DNA of 46,063 bases, from the IMG/VR virus record IMGVR_UViG_3300021077_000115, positions 1 to 46,063 of that record; one strand, given 5' to 3'. Positions 1 to 6,991 of this stretch are shown here, in pieces. The notes under the pieces were generated by a model, which was not told the origin of the DNA, did not search any database, and was given only the letters and a program-made list of their open reading frames with translations. A program made the position numbers and the translations under genes. Numbering within the stretch: the stretch's first letter is position 1; the number at the start of each line of letters is the position of its first letter. The DNA comes from a virus.

Positions 1-706
1 GCACGCGGCGGAACGACGCCAGAGAGAACCAGTTGGTCGCAGCGCACTGGCCAGGGTCGGGGTCGGGCGCCAGTGCCCGGGACAGCTCCTCGCCCGCAGA
101 GCTCGCCGCAAGCTCGGGAGGCTCGATGCGGCCCCCGGGCGCAGGCAGGAGCAGGAAGCACCTGCGGCAGGCGAGAGTCACGAACGCCGGCAGCTCCTCG
201 GGCGCCAGGCCCTGCAGGCCGGGCGCCGCCCTCACGAGCGTCTCGCGGACGAAGCGGGCGAAGTCTGCCTCGCACAGAGACTCGCCCGGGCCAGAGCAGT
301 AGTCCGAGAGCAGGGCGCCGACGGCACTCGCGGCCTCTGTTCGCCGGACGAGCCCGAGGAACAGCGAGGGCGTGGGGCCAGCCGGCGTGCGCGAGAGCAT
401 TGCGTACACACTCGGCTTGAAGTACCGCGCGGCCCGGGGCCCAGCCGCCTGCGCTGCCCGCCGGAATTCGTCGTACGAGAGGAACACGGGGAGCGGGACG
501 GGCGGCAGCAGAGGGACGCCGGCGCCGGCCACGGCAGGCGGCAGCGGCGGCAGCGGGTGCGCCTGGAGCAGGGCATCGCGGATCTTGATGATGTCGTCGG
601 GCGAGAGGGACTCTGCCCGGGCGCGGAGGAGGGCTCGCTGCCGCGCGGCCTGTAAGCCCGCGCCTTGCAGAGCCGCCGGCTGTCCCATCGCATCCACGAG
701 TTCCAT
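1..706 (-). CDS. Partial Pro/Ala-rich hypothetical protein. An open frame runs from the ATG at 706..704 to the window edge with no stop. It is not in the ORF track because it is incomplete.
   Basis: Manual reverse-complement translation gives MELVDAMGQPAALQG...PLPPLPPAVAGAGVPLLPPVPLPVFLSYDEFRRAAQ...FRRV with no stop over 235 codons. GC is ~70%. The listed ORFs 232..738(-), 372..854(+) and 73..420(+) are alternative frames of the same GC-rich DNA and look spurious, being Arg/Ser-rich. Confidence 0.35.
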   Translation of the reverse strand, partial: MELVDAMGQPAALQGAGLQAARQRALLRARAESLSPDDIIKIRDALLQAHPLPPLPPAVAGAGVPLLPPVPLPVFLSYDEFRRAAQAAGPRAARYFKPSVYAMLSRTPAGPTPSLFLGLVRRTEAASAVGALLSDYCSGPGESLCEADFARFVRETLVRAAPGLQGLAPEELPAFVTLACRRCFLLLPAPGGRIEPPELAASSAGEELSRALAPDPDPGQCAATNWFSLASFRRV

Positions 707-980
707 TGGGTCACTATTTTTGCATGATCCGACATCATCCATCCATCCGCGCGAGAATGTCGAGGAGAAGTTCGAATACTGGATTCCGAAAGGGATGGGG
801 GGCCGCAGGGCAGTCACTGAGTCTTCGCCTCAGAGCTCCTCCTTGGGCTGGTGAGGGATCTCAGCCTCCTCTTCGATAGGCACGGCCGCTGCAGCCTTGG
901 CGGCCTCCTCAGGGAACTCGAACGGAATCCTGAGCGGGCAGATCGCAGCAGAGGTAACGTTGAGACAAGGGCAGCGCGGC

Positions 981-1310
981 TCAACATCCGTACTTGGCGT
1001 TCTTCTTGATGAAGGCCAGGAGAGTGGCCAGAGTGCGGTCGCCCTCGTAGAGCACCGGCAGCGCTACCGGGCGCCCGAGCCGGTCGACGACCGTCACGGT
1101 GACGGCCGGGGAGCCCGCGCTGGCCCCGGCCCCGTTGGTGGCGACGCAGGTGAGGGTCAGGGGGCCGGCGGCGCCGGCCGAGAAGGTGACGGAGTTGGTG
1201 GTCGCGACCGAAGTGAGGGTGCCGCCACGAGGTCGTTGCACGTCCGCAATTCGATTCAAACAACGGTCGATGGTCGCCACTTTTGCCAAGACGACATCAC
1301 GCTCAACCAT
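981..1310 (-). CDS. Hypothetical protein in the GC-rich flank (109 aa).
   Basis: It is the ORF with the most plausible amino-acid composition among overlapping frames in 68% GC DNA (…VTFSAGAAGPLTLTCVATNG…LYEGDRTLATLLAFIKKNAKYGC). It is co-oriented with the cas-like operon upstream. There is no RBS evidence. Confidence 0.3.
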   Translation of the reverse strand: MVERDVVLAKVATIDRCLNRIADVQRPRGGTLTSVATTNSVTFSAGAAGPLTLTCVATNGAGASAGSPAVTVTVVDRLGRPVALPVLYEGDRTLATLLAFIKKNAKYGC

Positions 1311-1569
1311 GGCGAATCCTCTCGACCAGGGCCTGTTCGGTTTCTACCCCTTCACTTGTCGGAAGGGATTTGAATCTACCCCTCAACTCCACTGTCTTTT
1401 CAATCACTTGAACTAGCCTTCGCGAGCGCCTATCTTATTCGCCAAAAGAACTACACATCCATACACCAAACTTCAACCGCGATAGCTAGGATTTTCTCTG
1501 TGATTATAGTGAGTTGTGAGAATTGCGAGCGGTTGCAGCAGATATCGCACCACCCAACCGCTCAATAAA

Positions 1570-2097
1570 TCATCCAAAAACGTTCATCAAACCAAAACCA
1601 AAAGCCTTCCCGTGCCCGATGCCAGTATGTACCACACTAGCAAATCTTTCAAGATCCGTCACGTTCAAAAAACCCGTCACAAACACTGATGAGTGACAAC
1701 ATTTCATTCCCTTGCGATCACTCACCATCGTACCTTCGTCAATGACCACCTTGGACCGAATATCTGCCCCAATGCCAGACAACTTACCATCTACCCAAGC
1801 ATGAAGCCGGTCCCGATAAACCGGAAACCTTCGTCTCTTGTTGGACTTGACCGCGTTGAGCCGAATCGCAAACTGTACGTCACCAGAAAGACTCGATAAC
1901 GCCTGATCGGTTGTCTTGGCGAATTGTATTTCAAAGTTATCAGCAAACTTAGGGTCAATTTCCAGATCTGTTTCCACTACCAACCGAGCGCCAACCTTTT
2001 GGAACAACAACTTACCATCGCCAGGGAAGATTTCCTTAGCCATTTGATGATTCTTGTATCCGTCCTCGTACGCCCGATGAATGATGTAGACTTTCAT
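1570..2097 (-). CDS. cas6: Cas6-family crRNA endoribonuclease-like protein (Cas6e/Cas6f-like), 175 aa.
   Basis: The C-terminus GIGHGKAFGFGLMNV fits the Cas6 glycine-rich loop GhGxxxxxGhG and resembles the Cas6e/Cas6f C-terminal G(K/R)xxFGFGLL segment. Its size fits Cas6e/f. It is the last gene of the operon headed by Cas3 and overlaps the upstream gene by 4 nt. Confidence 0.55.
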   Translation of the reverse strand: MKVYIIHRAYEDGYKNHQMAKEIFPGDGKLLFQKVGARLVVETDLEIDPKFADNFEIQFAKTTDQALSSLSGDVQFAIRLNAVKSNKRRRFPVYRDRLHAWVDGKLSGIGADIRSKVVIDEGTMVSDRKGMKCCHSSVFVTGFLNVTDLERFASVVHTGIGHGKAFGFGLMNVFG

Positions 2098-3026
2098 TGT
2101 TGAGCCTTGTGGTATCCAGCAACTACCATATCAAGCGTTGTGTTCTGCAAGTCACAAACCCGATCAATTCGGACCAAACCACCATCAAAAATAGTGGCGC
2201 ACCCATTGCCATTACCAAACAGACCCAACTCTTTGGTGAAAACTGGTATGCAAATCCGCCCATCTAACCGAATCACATCGCATACACCTTTAGTCACTAG
2301 CGTCCTGAGGTATGGGCCAAGACCTTGATAGCCAGCCTGATATAAACCATTATCCTTGTTCCCTTCTAAGAGCTTCGCCAATGGCTCACATCTACTTTCC
2401 CTAGCTTTAACCACCAGCTTATTAACCCTAGCATCCTTGCTTTTCAAGAGAGTGTTTGCAACCTTCTCAAACAGCATCTCCTCGGCATTGCCACCGCAAA
2501 TATCGCTAGCAACCACGACCAATTCTACATATAGCTCATCTGGTAAAAGGTATTTAAACCTAATCCAGCTTGGAATAGCATATGACCAGCTATTATGCAT
2601 ACACTTTCTAATAGTCATCTTCTCGGTTAGATATACTACGTTCCCTTCCTTATCCTCTTTTGTAGCATTGTCTATATGAACAAAAGAACGCTTGGCAATT
2701 GCGACGAAGTTACCATAACTATTTACACAGGTTGGACGGTACCTGCTGATTGGGCGCATACCACACAAAACCCTAATCACATTCTCAATAAATGTAGCGT
2801 GAATCGTGTTCACTTGTTGCTCGACCCATTGAGATTGGATTCTATTATTACGAGATTTACCAATAAATATTCGGTCATCCTTCGATCGGCTGGTCATCGT
2901 TCCATCTACATCCTTCCAACGCTTTGGAAAGATTCCCGCATTCTCAAACCTGAGCACTAATGCGTAATCGTATGGCGGCATGATTTCCCCTGCATGTAAA
3001 CAAGGAATTAAGGTTGATGGAGGCAC
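2094..3026 (-). CDS. Cascade-like subunit, tentatively Cas5-like (310 aa). Identity is inferred from position and size only.
   Basis: It lies between the Cas7-sized gene and cas6 in the same tightly packed operon. There is a Gly-rich segment LGLFGNGNGCATIFDGG near the C-terminus. I recognise no family-specific motif with confidence. Confidence 0.3.
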   Translation of the reverse strand: MPPSTLIPCLHAGEIMPPYDYALVLRFENAGIFPKRWKDVDGTMTSRSKDDRIFIGKSRNNRIQSQWVEQQVNTIHATFIENVIRVLCGMRPISRYRPTCVNSYGNFVAIAKRSFVHIDNATKEDKEGNVVYLTEKMTIRKCMHNSWSYAIPSWIRFKYLLPDELYVELVVVASDICGGNAEEMLFEKVANTLLKSKDARVNKLVVKARESRCEPLAKLLEGNKDNGLYQAGYQGLGPYLRTLVTKGVCDVIRLDGRICIPVFTKELGLFGNGNGCATIFDGGLVRIDRVCDLQNTTLDMVVAGYHKAQQ

Positions 3027-3030
3027 TGAT

Positions 3031-4107
3031 CTACTTTTTCTTTGCAGCTGGCTTGGCAGGTTTCTCTTCCTTCACCGGCTTCTCGTAGCCAAACTTCTTC
3101 TTGTAACTATCGCATTTTTGTAATGCCTCTTCCTGCAGCTTCACTTTGGTGTAGGCCGTTGCAAAAGACTCGCCATCAAAAGCGCTAACATCGAATTTTT
3201 TACCATCAAAAATCTCAACCCAACCATCTGGATTGCCGAATAAATCCTCCAGAGGGTCGCTGACGATCTTGATGCTCACCGACGCCGTCTTGGCGCTTCC
3301 AGTAACAGTTCGAACTACATTGAATAGCGCCAATCGCCGAAGAATGTTCGTGGTTAGGAATTTGACCTGTGCCTGCGTAAGCAAAATTCCACACTCAGGA
3401 ATATCATACACATCACCATTCTTCTGGAAGAACGCAGGCTCCGGAATTTCTGAGCCCATCCGCCCTTTCAGAAGCTCGCGATATCTGGCGGCGTAGTCTA
3501 GGTCGAAACTCAACCGGTCATGGACATCGCTAAGCGAAATGAATGCCAACTCGCTCACATCAATAGCCCCGGAAAGTTCATAAGTAGTATCGCCTCGAAC
3601 TTCTCGCTTGAAGAATGATGTTTCTGCCACGTCTTCCGTTTTGTTCTCGCCAGTTTTTGGTTGACTGTTCGAGTATGTCTCTAGCATCGGGGCCGAACTA
3701 GTCACTGCCCTGGCATAGGATAATGCAAATGCAGACTTTCGCTTCCAACTTGAGCGATTGTCACGAGCAAACATATACCCGCGCTCCAGAAATGCCGGAT
3801 GAGCCACCGTGCTGAGTAACAAACCATCATCATGCATGACATTCGGAAGATGAATGAACATACAATCCTCATACATACTGTGACGAATGCAGTCCGCTGA
3901 TATGACACCTACTTTTTTTAGGTATTCCCTATCGTCACCGTCACGCCCCACCTCTGGATAGTAACGACCTTTGCCAAAGGACACGTTGTTGTGCCAAACG
4001 CTTTCTACATTGCGCTGTCGGTTCCAAATAAAGCGTTGGTCGTTGGAATCGAAGTTGACAATCCCAGAACCTTCAATAACTGCCTTTATGAAAATTGATT
4101 TAATCAT
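3031..4107 (-). CDS. Cascade-like subunit, tentatively Cas7-like backbone protein (358 aa) with a Lys-rich C-terminal tail.
   Basis: It sits immediately downstream of cas3, 22 nt after its stop. Its size is typical of Cas7e/Cas7f(v). The C-terminal KKKFGYEKPVKEEKPAKPAAKKK tail is basic and nucleic-acid-binding-like. The assignment rests on operon context. Confidence 0.3.
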   Translation of the reverse strand: MIKSIFIKAVIEGSGIVNFDSNDQRFIWNRQRNVESVWHNNVSFGKGRYYPEVGRDGDDREYLKKVGVISADCIRHSMYEDCMFIHLPNVMHDDGLLLSTVAHPAFLERGYMFARDNRSSWKRKSAFALSYARAVTSSAPMLETYSNSQPKTGENKTEDVAETSFFKREVRGDTTYELSGAIDVSELAFISLSDVHDRLSFDLDYAARYRELLKGRMGSEIPEPAFFQKNGDVYDIPECGILLTQAQVKFLTTNILRRLALFNVVRTVTGSAKTASVSIKIVSDPLEDLFGNPDGWVEIFDGKKFDVSAFDGESFATAYTKVKLQEEALQKCDSYKKKFGYEKPVKEEKPAKPAAKKK

Positions 4108-4129
4108 GTTATCCTATCTGTTACTTTCT

Positions 4130-6508
4130 TCACACTCGCGCTTTGACGAGACCAAGCGTTGCATCGTAGTACCACGTAAAGATTGGTAGTGGTGTTTCTC
4201 CACAACGAGCAAATGGCTTCAGGTTTTCAACCGTTAGCCTCTTTGGTTTCTTCTTACCAAAGAACATTTTCGTTAGTTCGGCATAGTCAAACTCACCTGT
4301 GGCCTCTAACGATTCCCATACCGTTTTCAATGTAGAAGATTCTATTCTTCTTCTATTATCAGCAATCAGATCCTTCAGTTCGATGTCTTGAACATTGAAT
4401 GTGAAAGGGCACCAAACTCCAGTTGTTCTGTTTTTCACCACAATAAAACACGAACTCGAACTATTCCTCAGCGTCTTGGCAGTTACAACTTTACTCTTGC
4501 CACTCTGATGTTTGCGCGCCCTTGGGAAGAATGTCTTCAACTTATCAATTGATATCAGATACTTATTTTTAATAAACGCAACTAGCTCATCGTTGTAAAC
4601 CTTATTGAATTTGTTATACAATCGGTATAGGAAATCCAAATCAACTGGTTCGGATGCCTCGCCCTCTAACATACGGCTCCAAAGATCCGATAGATGACAG
4701 CTGTACCGTTCGCTGATGGCCGACCTCTCACCTTTATTACTCCTAAGTTTAAGCATGACGAGTTCACATACCCCGTCTTGTTCTCCCCATCGGTTGATTC
4801 TTCCGAAAGTTTGTATATCGGATTCTGGTGATTCTATGGTTTTGAATAGCCCTCTGAAGCTGATGTCAAGAGCGGCCTGTAGAATCGGCGCTGAAACCAC
4901 AGTGCCATTCTTATCACCACCCTTCCCAAATGACTTAAGAATTCCATTCATTATCGCATGGCGATCTGGTTCTCCGTAGTTACTATGAACGATGCTAGTG
5001 TATCCGTTGCCGTAGCACCCTTGAACATTTCTGATCGATGAGTACATTGTCAAAGAACCACCAATTGGGTGTTCAACAAAGTCTTCATCGAAAGATATCT
5101 TGTAAAGCTTCTTATGCTGTGCTAGATAATGTTCAGTTGGATTTGGAAGGATTTTTGTCCTTCTAGATTCACCTTCACCTTCCCAGAATTTATGCATTAT
5201 CGATGGGGTAGCTGAGAGTAGCAGTGTATGACTGTTCGCACATACCAGATTGCGCGCCCTCATATAGATGACAAACGCCCCAAACAAAGCCTCATCATTA
5301 AGGAATTCATGAAACTCATCAAGTACCACATTGCGAGCTGTAACATCAAACAACCTCGCAATCGATTTTGAATCAACCATTGGCGATAGAAGGTTGTCAA
5401 TATTGGTTACCACAATGTCACAACCACAATCTGGTACACTTGGTGAGTTGGTAGCTTTACGCTCTCCTGCGTGGTACAGTTCAATGGAGATTGTACCAAG
5501 TCCAAGGATATCAATCTCCTTCAATAGATTTAAATATACACCTTCAGCAACTGCATTTCTTGGGCATACCCAATACACCGGTCCGGACTTCTGGGCTCCC
5601 CACATCAAACCAACCAGCGACTTACCAAATCCCGCAGAACCTTTTACTAATGTCGTTCGTTCACAAGAGTTTACAATGTCCTTTTGAATCTGAAATCGTT
5701 CCTGGTCATATGTGATTGGACATTGAAAATTTTCGTACCTTATATCCCTTCCCTTAGGGAAGTATGAATCAGCACTATTTTCAATCAGGTCATCCAGCTC
5801 TTCTATCGATAGCTTGGATACAATGTGGTCGGAGAAGATAACGCAACTCCTGGCAATCATGCGATGAGCGTTGGTCAGGCTACTTTCATCACCATCATCG
5901 GTAAACAACCTTGGAATATTGCGAGGTTCGTCATCAACGTCATCCTCTAGGTACTTGGTGACATCAAATGGGAACTGAACAGACTTCAGAATACCATCAA
6001 TTGTCTCTGATATCTTCGTCCATTCGTTTTCATCGAATAGTTTCAGCTCGCCAATGACGGTATGTGTGTTTCTAGGAGAGGTTTGATCTAAAATCTCGTA
6101 CGAATTCAGCAACGTACCGTGATGCCAATAGATCGCCTGCGGCCCGATGTCTTTGAACCGAACACCACGACCCTTGGCCTTTGCATGAAATGTCGCATAT
6201 ACCCATGAAATCTCATTGTGCCTTGGATATTCATGCTGTCCAGAGTATTTAGGATAATGCTTCTGTTTATTCTCCTCGCTATAGTCACTAGCCAAGGAAA
6301 TGTTGTTAAAATATACGGTACACTTCCCAATGTCATGAAGGAATGCCGACAAACCAATCACGTTGATTAGATCGTCATCGGAAATCCCAAGGTGCTTGGC
6401 GCAATGCATAGCTAACATCATCGCACCAACGCAGTGTTTTGTAAGTTCTTGTCTGTGGTCTGAATTAGCTAGCATACTAAAAATCCTCTCCCTCTTTGAA
6501 CACCTCAA
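4130..6508 (-). CDS. cas3: Cas3: N-terminal HD nuclease domain fused to a DExH superfamily-2 helicase (792 aa as tracked). The track start is a TTG. A better ATG start lies at 6475, giving MLANSDHRQ….
   Basis: HD motifs are present: H…LHDIGK (AFLHDIGKC), YPRHNEISW and IYWHHG, matching Cas3 HD motifs II-V. Helicase motifs are present: motif I GSAGFGKS, motif II VLDEFHEF (DExH), motif III LLLSATP and motif VI QTFGRINRWGE. The ATG at 6475 sits 1 nt after the TAG of the upstream ORF (TAGTATG). Confidence 0.85.
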   Translation of the reverse strand: MRCSKRERIFSMLANSDHRQELTKHCVGAMMLAMHCAKHLGISDDDLINVIGLSAFLHDIGKCTVYFNNISLASDYSEENKQKHYPKYSGQHEYPRHNEISWVYATFHAKAKGRGVRFKDIGPQAIYWHHGTLLNSYEILDQTSPRNTHTVIGELKLFDENEWTKISETIDGILKSVQFPFDVTKYLEDDVDDEPRNIPRLFTDDGDESSLTNAHRMIARSCVIFSDHIVSKLSIEELDDLIENSADSYFPKGRDIRYENFQCPITYDQERFQIQKDIVNSCERTTLVKGSAGFGKSLVGLMWGAQKSGPVYWVCPRNAVAEGVYLNLLKEIDILGLGTISIELYHAGERKATNSPSVPDCGCDIVVTNIDNLLSPMVDSKSIARLFDVTARNVVLDEFHEFLNDEALFGAFVIYMRARNLVCANSHTLLLSATPSIMHKFWEGEGESRRTKILPNPTEHYLAQHKKLYKISFDEDFVEHPIGGSLTMYSSIRNVQGCYGNGYTSIVHSNYGEPDRHAIMNGILKSFGKGGDKNGTVVSAPILQAALDISFRGLFKTIESPESDIQTFGRINRWGEQDGVCELVMLKLRSNKGERSAISERYSCHLSDLWSRMLEGEASEPVDLDFLYRLYNKFNKVYNDELVAFIKNKYLISIDKLKTFFPRARKHQSGKSKVVTAKTLRNSSSSCFIVVKNRTTGVWCPFTFNVQDIELKDLIADNRRRIESSTLKTVWESLEATGEFDYAELTKMFFGKKKPKRLTVENLKPFARCGETPLPIFTWYYDATLGLVKARV

Positions 6509-6953
6509 CCGCGCCGTGGTCCATTACAACCACAGTGTTGACCATCCATGCCTCTCGTAGCTTCTGGCCTTCCAGCGGGTCAAGTTCATCCAAGATTCCC
6601 TGCAGTCCCTCGCGCCCGGCAAGCCCACGCGCGAACGGAACCTCCCCAAGATCACGGAACTGTTGCCAATCGTGGCCGGGCATCAGGATGTCTGCCACCG
6701 CGCCGCCATGAGGATCGTCAACGTTGAGCAGCACGATAACCACTTCGGATGGTCGCCGACCCAACTCACGGACCCTTCGAGCGAAATGCTTAGCCCGCTC
6801 CAGTTGGAGTTCAAGAGTGCTGCGGCAAAGGCTTTTGTTGTGCTGTTGAATAGCGTCAATCATAGCACAGGCCATTGGATCAACCAAGACTAACTTCCCA
6901 TCAACCTCGGTGACGTAAGCTTCAGGTTCCATTTCAACCTCCACATACAGCAC
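6477..6953 (-). CDS. Hypothetical 158-aa protein encoded by a GC-elevated (~57%) island, directly upstream of and translationally coupled to cas3.
   Basis: It is a long ORF with sensible composition. Its stop abuts the cas3 ATG. There is a local GC jump relative to its neighbours. Its size resembles Cas11/Cse2-type small subunits, but I see no motif to support that. Confidence 0.45.
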   Translation of the reverse strand: MLYVEVEMEPEAYVTEVDGKLVLVDPMACAMIDAIQQHNKSLCRSTLELQLERAKHFARRVRELGRRPSEVVIVLLNVDDPHGGAVADILMPGHDWQQFRDLGEVPFARGLAGREGLQGILDELDPLEGQKLREAWMVNTVVVMDHGAVEVFKEGEDF

Positions 6954-6991
6954 GGCGGAGATTACAATCTCCGCCGTATTTTTGACTATGA

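Noticed and set aside
1340-1400. tRNA-like T-loop resemblance (GATTCAAATCCC on the minus strand).
   Set aside because: There is no complementary 5-bp T-stem, no acceptor stem and no CCA-adjacent context. It is not a tRNA.
73-1416. Multiple overlapping long ORFs on both strands in the GC-rich segment (73..420+, 232..738-, 372..854+, 814..1263-, 897..1373+, 1099..1416+).
   Set aside because: In about 68% GC DNA, stop codons are rare in all frames. These frames are Arg/Ser/Pro-rich nonsense that mutually overlap. Only the frame 706..1 (-) and possibly 981..1310 (-) look protein-like.
1311-1569. Checked the spacer downstream of cas6 (and all intergenic regions over 100 bp: 8912..9023, 18896..19079, 20014..20156, 20445..20783, 32285..32581, 33896..34456) for a CRISPR repeat-spacer array.
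   Set aside because: No direct repeats of CRISPR size or periodicity are visible. Only short imperfect similarities occur (for example tcaatcacttgaac / tcaactccactgtc). Hence no CRISPR feature is reported.
3233-6357. Plus- and minus-strand ORFs nested inside the cas genes (3233..3496+, 3702..3908-, 3971..4189+, 4716..4979+, 5331..5687+, 5491..5715+, 6106..6357-, 6363..6560+).
   Set aside because: They are antisense or out-of-frame to well-supported Cas3/Cascade-like coding sequence. Their compositions are low-complexity.
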